Counted from the stretch's first letter, positions 1-9,174 are shown. The stretch: 32,000 bases of DNA from Candidatus Brocadia sp. (GCA_021650915.1 CP091279.1:30001-62000); one strand, 5' to 3'. Numbers and translations are program-made. The notes: generated by a model not told the origin, from the sequence alone.

Positions 1-1
1 A

Positions 2-832
2 GAGTTAAAAAAGCTGATGAGGATAAGCGCAAAGGCGTCAAGCAGCGGGGGGAAAAACAAGGAAGAGCATGTGAGGAGTTACTTGGAATTATCGAGGGGT
101 TTGAGTGAAAAGATAGGAGCGAGTCTGTTAGCCATCTACGAAAAGGTGCTAACGACGAACCAGGTAGACAAGCATGCAGGGAAAATAGGGACACTGGAGT
201 ATTTTCACGGGATGTTGAATAAACAGATAGACCTGGTGGAGAGAAGGGTGATCCGGGATGAGGTAATACCGGCGGCAGAAAAGGTTCATTCGTTGTTTGA
301 GCCGCATACGGAGTGGCTGTACAAAGGCAAGTCAAACAAAAGGGTAGAGTTGGGACATAATATTCTGGTAGCAAGCGATCAGTGGGGTTTCATCGTGGAC
401 CATGTGGTAGGAGAAAAACAGGCGGATGTATCGTTGGTAATTCCATTGGCAGATAGGTTGTTGAGCCGTTACGGAGAAGGCACAATAAAGAGTATAAGTT
501 TTGATAAAGGTTTTTACAAGAAAGAGAATAAAGAGTTGCTGAGTTTGTATATACCAGAGGTAATCCTTCCCAAGAAGGGCAAGAAGAATAAGGCGGAACA
601 GGAAGAGGAATCGGGTAAGACATTTAAGAAGCTAAGGCACAAGCACTCGGCGGTAGAATCGGATATCAATCGTTTGGAGCATCACGGCTTGGATAGGTGT
701 CCGGACAAAGGGCTGCATGCCTTTAAAAGATATTGTGCAATGGGCGTGTTAGCTGCGAATTTGCACAAGCTGGGAAACGTGCTGCAGGAGAAGGCACGGA
801 AGCAGTGCGAAAAGTTGCGAAAAGCCGCCTAA
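2..832 (+). CDS. DDE transposase, IS4/IS5 superfamily (family unresolved), C-terminal part; 5' end off-window
   Basis: The frame is open from nt 2 with no upstream stop, so the listed ATG at 17 is probably internal. The C-terminal region has SFDKGFY and HSAVESDINRLEHHGLDRC...ANLHKLG, which resemble the D and E / C1 region of IS4/IS5-like transposases. Confidence 0.75.
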   Translation, partial: ELKKLMRISAKASSSGGKNKEEHVRSYLELSRGLSEKIGASLLAIYEKVLTTNQVDKHAGKIGTLEYFHGMLNKQIDLVERRVIRDEVIPAAEKVHSLFEPHTEWLYKGKSNKRVELGHNILVASDQWGFIVDHVVGEKQADVSLVIPLADRLLSRYGEGTIKSISFDKGFYKKENKELLSLYIPEVILPKKGKKNKAEQEEESGKTFKKLRHKHSAVESDINRLEHHGLDRCPDKGLHAFKRYCAMGVLAANLHKLGNVLQEKARKQCEKLRKAA

Positions 833-997
833 GCAAGCAAAAAACACGAAGAAAAACAGTCTGCCGGGAGGCAGGTACGCCCAGACAAGGCTAAAATAAA
901 GGGGAAAACAAGGGAAATATGTAAAAGAACAGTATTTTTGCCAAAAACCCTAATCTCAAATCTTAAAATTATCTATTGGTAAATAGAAAATCGACCT

Positions 998-1024
998 CGC
1001 ACTTTTACAAAAAGTGCGTTTTCG
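998..1024 (+). terminator. Hairpin plus T-tract downstream of the transposase (intrinsic terminator or IS-end hairpin)
   Basis: CGCACTTTT-ACA-AAAAGTGCG forms a perfect 9-bp stem (998-1018) and is followed by TTTTCGTT. Confidence 0.4.
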
Positions 1025-1034
1025 TTCAGACACT

Positions 1035-1145
1035 AAGTACTAATAGTCATACGTAAAAAAGAAAAAGAAGAAACTGCCTTTTCAAAATGGTTTTTGTTTA
1101 CCCTTCTCTCTCTTGCCTTGCTATTCCCCCTCTTTTTGACATTGA
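1035..1145. repeat. Relic resembling both subterminal regions of the ISAs1-like element at 21090-24860 (internally deleted derivative?)
   Basis: 1035-1105 aligns with the reverse complement of 24782-24830 (AAGTACT..ACGTAAAAAAGAAAA..AAACTG.CTTTTCAAAATGGTT.TTG). 1105-1140 aligns with the reverse complement of about 21100-21150 (CCC.TTCT.TC.CTTGCCTTGC). The CCAGGG...ACGTCAA termini are not present. Confidence 0.45.
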
Positions 1146-1203
1146 AAAATAGTATCAGTTTAGTTTCATAAAATCCTGGCAAAACAATTTTTCACAAGCT
1201 TTT

Positions 1204-1234
1204 GCTGGTTCAATTGTTCTCGATTGAACCAGCC
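1204..1234. repeat. Palindromic element GCTGGTTCAAT-N-ATTGAACCAGC
   Basis: It has an 11-bp perfect stem. A second copy (GGTTCAATCG-TGGA-CGATTGAACCAGCC) lies at 30159-30187 inside the CRISPR array. Confidence 0.7.
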
Positions 1235-1420
1235 GTGGGAGGATTACTCCTGCCGTCTATTCGATCGGCAAATGCACGTTGAACCATGCCTTTTTCTATC
1301 GTATCACGGACTGAATCGAACAGTTTCAATGCGAACTTATTCTTGACAAGATGATCCGCTTTATAATATCTTAACATGATACATCTTTATGACATCGGCT
1401 ATAAGGAAAGGCGGAGAGAT

Positions 1421-1978
1421 ATGGCACAGGAAAAGAAAGTCAATGGAGTAGACGTTGAGCAGTTATTTAGTACCATTGAGGGCATTAAAAAAAAACCAGA
1501 AATTGCGAAGTTTAAATTCCGGGCAACGAATAAGTGGGTCGACGGCACACACAATCGTGCAACGATTAAAGATTTTTATGGCGCTGGCAAGGAGGATAAT
1601 TCACGTGAGCCTCTCGTATTTGAGTTAGATGAACCTCCTGTTCTTTTGGGAAAGAATGAGGGGGCCAATCCTGTTGAATATCTTCTCGTTGCCTTATCGG
1701 GTTGTTTGACGACAAGTCTGATTGCTCATGCATCTGCCAAAGGCATCAAAGTAAGGGCGGTTGAATCCAGGCTGGAGGGAGATTTAGATCTTCGCGGTTT
1801 TCTGGGAATATCGGAAGACGTTAAAGTCGGTTTCGAGAAGATCCGCGTATACTTCAAAATCGACGCGGATATATCCGCGCAACAGAAGGAGGATCTCATC
1901 CGTATGGCTCAGAAATACTCACCGGTATATAACTCTATCGCCAATCCTGTTCCTGTCATTGTTCAACATGAAGAGTAA
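1421..1978 (+). CDS. OsmC/Ohr-family peroxiredoxin-like protein
   Basis: The core GANPVEYLLVALSGCLTTSLIAHASAKGI is OsmC-like. I chose the internal ATG (MAQEKKVNG) because the ORF-track start at 1376 adds an implausible leader. Confidence 0.8.
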   Translation: MAQEKKVNGVDVEQLFSTIEGIKKKPEIAKFKFRATNKWVDGTHNRATIKDFYGAGKEDNSREPLVFELDEPPVLLGKNEGANPVEYLLVALSGCLTTSLIAHASAKGIKVRAVESRLEGDLDLRGFLGISEDVKVGFEKIRVYFKIDADISAQQKEDLIRMAQKYSPVYNSIANPVPVIVQHEE

Positions 1979-3062
1979 GGTCTATTTTATCAAAGTCGAA
2001 AATGGCGAAGGTGTTGCTTCCGTTGCGCAAAAGGCGCGGCATCTCTTCGATGTCGCTGGTTTTGCATCTGCGATTCAAAAAAATAATATGGTGGCAGTAA
2101 AAACCAGCTTTGGCGAAAAAGGGAATATTGGACATCTCAAGCCACCGATCATAAAGGCCGTTGTTGACAAAGTAAAGGCGTGTCATGGCAAACCCTTTTT
2201 GATAGAGACAAACACCCTGTATGTAGGCCGTCGCACGAATGCTGTTGATCACATCTCACATGCCCACGAGCACGGTTTCAGCTATGAAAACACCGGCGCC
2301 CCCATTATTATCGGAGACGGGCTCTTTGGTGAGCATGGTGTGCAGGTGGAGATTAACCAGAAACTGTGCAAATATGCGTATGTCGCTGGCGTGGCCCAGG
2401 CGGCAAATGTCATCGTCTCAATTGCACATGTGACGGGACATTTAGCCACCGGTATGGGCGCCACCCTGAAGAATATCGGCATGGGGCTCTCCGCGCGGGG
2501 CGGAAAACTTGCCCAGCACTCAGGCGTAATCCCTCAAATTCTCAAGAAGCGTTGCAATACCTGTGGCGCGTGCGGTAAATGGTGTCCGGTGGGGGCAATT
2601 CATATGGATGAGCAATATGCCGTCATAGATTCAAAACTATGCATTGGGTGCGGTGAATGTCTGGCTGTCTGCCAGTTCGGTGCGGTGAAAATTGCCTGGG
2701 ATGAAAATACGGTCAACCTCCAAAAAAAGGTCGCAGAATACTGCCTGGCCATTTTAAAAGGAAAGACCGGTAAGGCTGTCTTTTTCAATTTCCTCACCCA
2801 CATTACCAAACATTGTGATTGCATGGACAAACCATTTGAGCCTGATATTGCCGATATTGGCATCATTGCGTCCACGGATCCCGTTGCCATTGAAAAGGCA
2901 ACAGCGGACATAATCAGGGATCAGATCGGATCGGACTTCTTTAAAGACGCCTGGCCTCAAATTGATTATACCATTCAAATTGCCTACGCACAGGAGATTG
3001 GCCTGGGCAGCATGGATTACGAATTGATACCGTGCGGACAGGATGCCGGTGTTGTCGTGTAG
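1959..3062 (+). CDS. DUF362 domain protein with two 4Fe-4S ferredoxin motifs
   Basis: The N-terminus (KVYFIKV...VAVKTSFGE) is DUF362-like. Two cluster motifs are present, CNTCGACGKWCP and CIGCGECLAVCQ. The gene overlaps the osmC-like stop; an alternative start lies at 1968. Confidence 0.85.
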   Translation: MFNMKSKVYFIKVENGEGVASVAQKARHLFDVAGFASAIQKNNMVAVKTSFGEKGNIGHLKPPIIKAVVDKVKACHGKPFLIETNTLYVGRRTNAVDHISHAHEHGFSYENTGAPIIIGDGLFGEHGVQVEINQKLCKYAYVAGVAQAANVIVSIAHVTGHLATGMGATLKNIGMGLSARGGKLAQHSGVIPQILKKRCNTCGACGKWCPVGAIHMDEQYAVIDSKLCIGCGECLAVCQFGAVKIAWDENTVNLQKKVAEYCLAILKGKTGKAVFFNFLTHITKHCDCMDKPFEPDIADIGIIASTDPVAIEKATADIIRDQIGSDFFKDAWPQIDYTIQIAYAQEIGLGSMDYELIPCGQDAGVVV

Positions 3063-3117
3063 ATGAGATATCCTATGGCAAAATCACAGGGAATATTGTC
3101 ATCTGAAAAATATTTCA

Positions 3118-3795
3118 TTACCCAGCGATGTCAAGAAGGGGAAGGAGTTCTGTTGGTCTTTTGATCAGGAGCCGTGCACCATTTTCCAGCAGCTCTTTTC
3201 CCGAACGGAAACCCCAGAGCGCCCCGACGGGAAACATGCCTGCCGCAACGGCGGTCTTCATGTCGATGGACGTGTCGCCAAGGTAGAGAAACTGTGATGG
3301 CGGGATGTTGAGGAACCGGGAAATTTCCATGGCGCCTGAGGGGTCCGGTTTGAGCGGTACGGTGTCGCACTGCCCCAGCACCAGGTCGAAGGTCTGCTGA
3401 GGGAAATATTCACTGACGCACCGCTTGGTAAAATCGTCCGGCTTGTTTGATAAAACAGCCATTTTCATGCCGTGCGCTGCCAATACATCAAGCATTTCTG
3501 TTACCCCATCGTAAGGCCGTGTCTTTATCTTCCACCCCCGTTCATATTCCTCCCGGAATGCCCGGACACAATCGAGGACAGTAACATCATCCCGCCTGTC
3601 TTCAGGGAGTGCGCGTCTCATCAGCACAACTGCGCCATCGCCTACCATATAGCGATAGTCGCCCGTATCGTGCGTGGGAAAGCCGTGTCTCTCCAAAACG
3701 CGATTTGCAGCGTTGCTCAAATCTTCCAAAGTATCAAGAAGCGTTCCATCAAGGTCAAAGATTATCGCTTTGAATAGCATTGCGTCTACCGCCAT
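3118..3795 (-). CDS. HAD-superfamily hydrolase, phosphoglycolate-phosphatase-like
   Basis: HAD motif I (IIFDLDGTLLDT), motif II (VLSNK) and motif III (YLGDTSIDMKTA) are all present. Confidence 0.85.
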   Translation of the reverse strand: MAVDAMLFKAIIFDLDGTLLDTLEDLSNAANRVLERHGFPTHDTGDYRYMVGDGAVVLMRRALPEDRRDDVTVLDCVRAFREEYERGWKIKTRPYDGVTEMLDVLAAHGMKMAVLSNKPDDFTKRCVSEYFPQQTFDLVLGQCDTVPLKPDPSGAMEISRFLNIPPSQFLYLGDTSIDMKTAVAAGMFPVGALWGFRSGKELLENGARLLIKRPTELLPLLDIAG

Positions 3796-3991
3796 AAATG
3801 ATCCTGATTTGCTTGATTTATAAGCAAAAAGCTCATAAATTGTGAGCCCTTACACGATACTGGCAAAAAGGGGATTGGATACTTTTCATATCATTCTGTT
3901 GATTATGGGTTGACATATTTTGCGGTATACGATAACATGCTGACAGCAATAAAATAAAGAGAAAAAAGCAATACTTTAGTTCTTTGAAAAA

Positions 3992-5372
3992 TTAACAAGC
4001 GATTTTGCAAGCAAACCCAGAAGGCGTTTTCACCATAAGGGCATTTTTTGCGCTAGCCAGAAGATTTTCCACTGGATTGATTCTTTGTAATTCAGCAGAA
4101 CGAAGCAGAGACATAAGGATGGCCTGTGTCTTAGCGCCATCCTCAGAGCGGTTCTGCTGTGAGACCTTTCTGGTCAATACTGGCTTTCGCATCTGTTGCT
4201 CAGCATGGTTGTTATAGGGACTGACATCCTCATGTTCCAGGAACGTAAAGAGTTCCTGTTTATGGCGGTTCAGGCGTTTGGTCAATCTTTGTGCATCTTT
4301 GTGCATCTTTATCCTGGCAGGGTGTTGCCAAAAACTGTTCAAGCCTGCAATACAGTCTATTTTTGAGCCTGAGAAAGCATGCCGGGTTTATCTGGTGCTT
4401 TTTCTCGGATAGCCGGATGGCATCCCTGAGTAATCGGGAGAGTTTTCTCCTGAAACTTTTCCATGAGACAGAATGGTTGTAGGTGTCTACTTTCACGAGT
4501 TCCGTAAAGAGATGATAGAAACACCGCTGCTTTGCCAGTGCGCTTGTCTTGTTATAAGCGCCCCAGAAGTCGCAGATCAGGATGCCCTTGAAGAGTCTGC
4601 CTAAGAACCTTTTTATGACAGGCGACCCCCGATTCCGTGTTATAAGGTAGTAGCAGAGGGTTTTGGTGGTAAAACACCATAACCAATGGGTTTTTCCATT
4701 CAACCGCCACCCGGTTTCATCTGCGTGCAAGACGGCGCTGGTAGAGACCTTTTGTCCAATATCGTTATACTGTGGTTCCAGGAGTGTTGCAAGAGCCTTC
4801 CAGGCCTGGGTTAAACCACCGGCGCTTACGTGAAGATTGAAAAATACGGAAACCATCTTTACAAGGTTGTTTACACTGATACCGACTACGTAATGAAGCC
4901 AGGCGGTAAAGACAACGAGGCGCAATCCGAGTCGGGCGTTTGGCAAGGCATCGGTGAGCGCGGGCTGAACGATCTTTTTGCAACAAGCACACCAGTAGCC
5001 ATGAACCGTATGTTCCGTCACGACAGGGTCGACCCGGGGGATATCCTCGATGTATCGCTTATACGTTCTCACCGGCTTTTGTAATGACTGCTGGCAGTCA
5101 GGGCACCTCTCCAGGGTATGTGTCTTATAGGCAGTTATGGTTTCCGGTCGTCTTCGGGAAACCCCCTTATGTCCTGGTTTTCTGCCACAAGGTCGTTTTC
5201 TCTTTTTACGGGTAGGCTTGAGATAAGGTGGCGTCATGCCCGAAGGGGTAGTTGGGCTTGGTTTATCGCAGAGTCGGTCATACTTCTCTGCCTTCCCGGC
5301 CAGTATCAGGATGACTTGAATCGCATCCTCTCTGTTCATCTCCAGGATGGCTCGGGCTTCATCCCTGGTCAT
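3992..5372 (-). pseudogene. IS66-family transposase (TnpC-like), frameshifted by a 10-bp tandem duplication
   Basis: Zinc-finger motifs CPDC...CACC, LHADETGWRLNG, WLWCF and a C-terminal NNHAEQQMR are present. The gene is split into ORFs 4260-5465 and 3992-4342. TCTTTGTGCA occurs twice in tandem at 4287-4306, and KDAQR is encoded twice. The likely start is MTRDEARAILE at 5372. Confidence 0.85.
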
Positions 5373-6240
5373 GAGCAAGAAGCCTCCGGAAATTTTTCTC
5401 AAGAGGATACAGGTAGAGTTCCTTCGTCTGGCCATGATACCGATAGGTATTGCCCCGTTTTGCACTGCCTTTGGTTTTTCCTACACGGAGCCAATTAGCT
5501 GCCTGATAGCAAGTGCCTTGAAATCGCGCGGTATCAACAAAGGTCTCCGCCAAATACACGGGATGTCCGTAGACAGCTTCCCAGTCATCTGACAAACGCT
5601 TGAGGGCAAGGGATAATACCTTGGATGCAAGGTGTTTGACCGTAACCCAGGGGGGAATGAGGAATCGCACGTTACTGGCAATTAAATGCAAGTGGGTGCG
5701 TTTGGTGGTCTCATCCCATCCGATGAAACGGTCACGGTCTTTGACCTTCCATGCTGCGCTTGCCCATCCAAGACAGGCAACGACCTGATTGCCGATATGT
5801 ACGATGTGCCTGACGTGTTCGCCAACAAGCCGGGGACATCCGAGGTAGTGGTAGTGATAGAGGAGATAACCCCAGAGGTAACTCTCTTGAGGGTCTTTTA
5901 CCACCTGGATCGTCGGGATTTCATACCCGGTGATAGTGCCTCCCAGTGTGCTTTTGACAAAAAGGGGTATCTGATCAAATATCTTAGGTTTCAGATTGTT
6001 TTTTGGTCGTATGCGGCCTGGAAGCGCTACCAGGCCCTGTTCTTCCAATCGCAGAAGGAGGTCTCGTGCCGCGTATTCTTTCAGCTTGCCATTGGGCTGC
6101 ACCCAGTTCCAACTTTTGCAAAGTTCACGGGAAATATAACTCCGCCCTTTGAGAAAATAACTATCAATGAGCGCCTTGATAAAGGCTATATCGTCTGTAT
6201 GCAGTTTCCGTGAACGGTATTGGAATAGTATAGGCTTCAT
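5359..6240 (-). CDS. DUF4338-domain protein encoded inside the IS66-like element
   Basis: The C-terminal 165 aa or so are clearly homologous to the N-terminus of ORF 23414-24781. Shared motifs are YHYLG, GW.AAAWK, RDR.IGW, N.RFLI.P, LAS, KRLS.DW, Y.HP.YLAETFVD and F.GTCY.A. The stop overlaps the likely transposase start. Confidence 0.8.
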   Translation of the reverse strand: MKPILFQYRSRKLHTDDIAFIKALIDSYFLKGRSYISRELCKSWNWVQPNGKLKEYAARDLLLRLEEQGLVALPGRIRPKNNLKPKIFDQIPLFVKSTLGGTITGYEIPTIQVVKDPQESYLWGYLLYHYHYLGCPRLVGEHVRHIVHIGNQVVACLGWASAAWKVKDRDRFIGWDETTKRTHLHLIASNVRFLIPPWVTVKHLASKVLSLALKRLSDDWEAVYGHPVYLAETFVDTARFQGTCYQAANWLRVGKTKGSAKRGNTYRYHGQTKELYLYPLEKNFRRLLAHDQG

Positions 6241-6431
6241 AAACAGGTTCCTTTTCTCTGAAGCCTTTTATACCACAAAGGGAAAACTGACGCCAGCTTT
6301 TTTGTATCTTAACGCCCTGATGGTTAAAACGCCTTCTGGGTTTGCTTATAAAATCGCTTGTTAATTTTTCAAAGAACTAAAGTGTTACGCTTTTATCAAT
6401 CTTTGCGGCAGAATATAACTGGAGGTGTGTT

Positions 6432-6639
6432 GTGACAATTATTTATTGTATCGGTGGTATAATTTCTCTTCTTTTATTTATACTCAAGATGTTCATAAAA
6501 TGTGAATTTTAAATTGATAATAAGGTGGCATGGACAAACTCTGTTTGTCCGTGTTGAACTACTATGAATCACAAATTGTGAGCCTGTGGAGTATATCTAT
6601 CTCTTGATAGCGCTCCTCAAGCCGGAGGTCTTTTCATGA
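6432..6639 (+). pseudogene. kdpF: kdpF interrupted by a 113-bp MITE
   Basis: A GTG start follows GGAGG. The first part, 6432-6480, encodes (M)TIIYCIGGIISLLLF. The second part, 6596-6639, encodes YLLIALLKPEVFS*. Removing 6481-6595 restores a 30-codon KdpF-like ORF. Its stop overlaps the kdpA ATG (ATGA). Confidence 0.7.
6481..6593. mobile_element. MITE-like element (TACTC...GAGTA ends, TA duplication) with central hairpin GGACAAAC-TCT-GTTTGTCC
   Basis: Imperfect TIRs are TACTCAAGATGTTCATAAAATGTGAAT and ATTCACAAATTGTGAGCCTGTGGAGTA. TA flanks both sides (6479-6480 and 6594-6595). Related copies lie at about 28862-28965 and about 29385-29510. Confidence 0.7.
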
Positions 6640-7019
6640 ATTGGAACAGTGTTATTCAAGTCGCCATTTTTCTTGCCACAGTCATTTTGTTAGCTAAACC
6701 GCTGGGGACATACATGGCACGCGTATACGAAGGAAAATCTGCGGGTCTCAATGTAGTACTGGGACCTCTGGAACGTTGGATATACCGGCTTTCAGGAATA
6801 GAGACGGAAACAGGCATGTCATGGAAAGGATACGCCGTGGCGATGATGCTGTTTAATGGTATCGGCATAGTGGTAGTGTATACCCTTCAGCGTCTTCAGG
6901 CATATCTGCCTTTAAATCCCATGTCCATGCCAGGCGTTGCCCCGGATTTGGTTTTTAATACCGCCGTTAGTTTTGCAACGAATACGAATTGGCAAAGTTA
7001 CGGTGGTGAGACGACACTA
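6636..7019 (+). pseudogene. kdpA: kdpA (K+-transporting ATPase subunit A), N-terminal fragment cut by an IS
   Basis: MNWNSVIQVAIFL...NTNWQSYGGETTL is a typical KdpA N-terminus. The frame leaves KdpA sequence at 7020, where the IS inverted repeat begins. Confidence 0.9.
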
Positions 7020-9027
7020 ACCCGACTTTCGCAATTCGAGGGGTATACAACCCGCTAAGCCAGGAAAATCAAGGGGTCGTGTAAAAAGGTCGGCACTACA
7101 GGCCGACCTGCCCGGATACGTAAACCTTGGGCGGCGGTTGTTCAGGAAGCGTTAATCCCAACTGCGCCAAAAGGAGTAAAACGTCCTTCTCCGGCTGGGT
7201 ATAACGGCTCATGACAATATGACGGCCATCCGTGGTCGGTAAATGAACGTCTATCATTTGAATGCCCGACAGTTTTTCCAAAATCGCTTCAGACGTCAGC
7301 CCTCCGGCCCTCCCCCGCGCAAGATTGCGCAGTGTCGTGTGGAGACAAAAAGCCAAAAAGGAAACAAAGATATGGGCTTCAATTCTCCGTTCCAATTGAT
7401 GCCATAGGGGGCGGACGGAAAGAGACCCCTTCAAGTCCTTAAATGCCTGTTCTATCCGTGTCAACAGCAAATAATTTTCCCAGACGGTTTCTGGCGCGGT
7501 GGCCTGCATGTTGGAACGAAGCAAATAACGCCCCTCGCGCCGATACGCCTGCCTCAGATGTTCCCGATCCAAACTGAACCGGAACGTATTCTCATTGACC
7601 GGTTCCTGCGGTTTGGGAATGGAGATCGTGACCAGTCTGTAGTCTCGTCCGGCTTCTTTCTTTAACGCGCCAATATGCATGAGCAGGTCATCGCGCGTGA
7701 GGGCTTTTCGATTGCGAAGTTCGCGCAGACCCATCCACAAACGTCTGAGTCTGCGCCTACGCATGGCACGCTCCTTAGACACCCGGTCATGGCTTTCCAC
7801 GTAAACGTAAAACTCCGATTCCTGCCGAAGAACTTTCACGCGGACGCTCTCCCTCGCCCGCATCCAGGTTTGTTCGAGTAGCGGTTTTTCTACTCTCGTC
7901 AAATGCCCCTTCGGAGTCCCAACCAAATAATCAATCCCGCGCTCACGCATCTTTTCCAACATCTCCTCCGTTGGAATACCGCGATCCATAAGCCAGGTGC
8001 GCCGGAATTTCCCATACTGCTTTTCAATCCGATCCAGAAATTCCTCCAGCGTTGCGGCGTCTCTGGTATTGCCCGGATACACTTCGTAGGCAACGGGAAA
8101 TCCTTCCGGCGTTAACACCAATGCCACTACCACCTGCACGCAATCCGAACGTTTGTCCCGGCTATATCCAAACCGTTTCTTACTCCCCGATCCAGTCGGA
8201 GGTGGGTCACTTTCAAAATACGTACTCGTCAAATCATACAGCAGTACATCGTACTTCGCCCCAAAGAGCTTGCCCCACTTCTCCTTTAAATAGGCAAACA
8301 GCTCGTCCCGATGCTCAAGCAACAAATCCAAACAACGATACGCCTTGTCCTTCTGCGCCAGGGAATAATCCTCTCCCAGCAGATCGCCTATTGCGCTGCG
8401 CACGTACCACTCACGGTGAAAACGAAATTCGCTTCCCGGATCGATCAACCGGTAACAGACAAGCGCCTTCAGTATATTCAACCAGCTTGTCCCCTTCCGG
8501 CTTGACGGCAGACGCATCCTCCAGAATGTGTCCAGTTCCAGCATATTCCATACATACAATCCCAACCAGCTTGCTCCCCACTCCCGTGGATGGCGCAGCT
8601 CTATTTTGTCCAACCTCACCCGAACTGTCTCACCATCCGGTATCGGCATGGCTTCCCGGTCATCCGGAAACAATGCCAGTTGTCTTGGTTTCGGTTCTTT
8701 ACCCGACACCGCCTCTATCGTCCGAATCCACCCAGCCCGTTGATTGTCATTGAGTTCTCCCAAATAGAGAACCTGCCGTTGCACCACCCTTCTTCCGCTG
8801 ACCCGGCGGTTCTCTACCACGCTCCAATAACGGTGGGTTTTCCCATCTTTCGTTCGTGTCTTTTCCCGGAGAAACATGCGAGCATTTTCGCACTTCCTCC
8901 TGCATGCGTCAAGAGGGTAGGTCGGCACTACAAGCCGTTTTGAAAATTCACCCCTTGAATATCACGGGTTTCCTGGCGACTCTTGCCCAAAAATAAACTT
9001 TTTTGGGCGCGAATTGCGAAAGTCGGG
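7020..9027 (-). mobile_element. IS1634-like (IS4 superfamily) insertion sequence inside kdpA
   Basis: 18-bp perfect inverted repeats CCCGACTTTCGCAATTCG (7021-7038) and CGAATTGCGAAAGTCGGG (9010-9027) bound the element. CTA lies on both flanks (7017-7019 and 9028-9030). The kdpA reading frame resumes at 9031. Confidence 0.8.
7096..8877 (-). CDS. IS1634-family-like DDE transposase
   Basis: The ORF is long and intact. I chose the start MFLREKTRTKDGKTHRYWSVVENRR, because the ORF-track start at 8928 adds 17 aa that run into the IS end. The family call rests on the N-terminal motif and the size, from memory. Confidence 0.8.
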   Translation of the reverse strand: MFLREKTRTKDGKTHRYWSVVENRRVSGRRVVQRQVLYLGELNDNQRAGWIRTIEAVSGKEPKPRQLALFPDDREAMPIPDGETVRVRLDKIELRHPREWGASWLGLYVWNMLELDTFWRMRLPSSRKGTSWLNILKALVCYRLIDPGSEFRFHREWYVRSAIGDLLGEDYSLAQKDKAYRCLDLLLEHRDELFAYLKEKWGKLFGAKYDVLLYDLTSTYFESDPPPTGSGSKKRFGYSRDKRSDCVQVVVALVLTPEGFPVAYEVYPGNTRDAATLEEFLDRIEKQYGKFRRTWLMDRGIPTEEMLEKMRERGIDYLVGTPKGHLTRVEKPLLEQTWMRARESVRVKVLRQESEFYVYVESHDRVSKERAMRRRRLRRLWMGLRELRNRKALTRDDLLMHIGALKKEAGRDYRLVTISIPKPQEPVNENTFRFSLDREHLRQAYRREGRYLLRSNMQATAPETVWENYLLLTRIEQAFKDLKGSLSVRPLWHQLERRIEAHIFVSFLAFCLHTTLRNLARGRAGGLTSEAILEKLSGIQMIDVHLPTTDGRHIVMSRYTQPEKDVLLLLAQLGLTLPEQPPPKVYVSGQVGL

Positions 9028-9030
9028 CTA

Positions 9031-9174
9031 AGCTGTCTGACTCGAATGGCCGGATTAACCGCGCAGAATTTCGTGTCCGCCGCCACCGGTATGGCTGTCC
9101 TTGTGGCATTGATCAGGGGATTTATCCAAAAAAAGTCCGACACTATAGGAAATTTTTGGGTGGATCTGAGATGA
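9031..9174 (+). pseudogene. kdpA: kdpA second fragment, truncated
   Basis: [46 protein letters not shown] continues KdpA directly after ...GGETTL. It ends at a stop at 9172-9174, and no further KdpA sequence follows. Confidence 0.8.

Larger units (their letters stand above)
3968..6388 (-). mobile_element. IS66-family-like element carrying a DUF4338 gene and a frameshifted TnpC-type transposase
   Basis: Imperfect terminal inverted repeats of about 75 bp lie at 3968-4042 and 6314-6388 (GTAACACTTTAGTTCTTTGAAAAATTAACAAGCGATTTT..AAGCAAACCCAGAAGGCGTTTT.ACCA). The right outer end is GTAAC and the left is degenerate (GCAAT). No target duplication was seen. Confidence 0.8.

Noticed and set aside
1343-1367. 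TTGACA ... TATAAT pair upstream of the osmC-like gene as a promoter
   Set aside because: The spacer is only 13 nt (15 nt to the alternative TAATAT), too short for a standard sigma70 promoter, so I did not report it as a feature.
8052-8753. 233-aa plus-strand ORF and neighbours inside the IS1634-like element
   Set aside because: They are antisense to the intact 593-610 aa transposase, and the peptides are low-complexity and Pro/Ser/Thr-rich.
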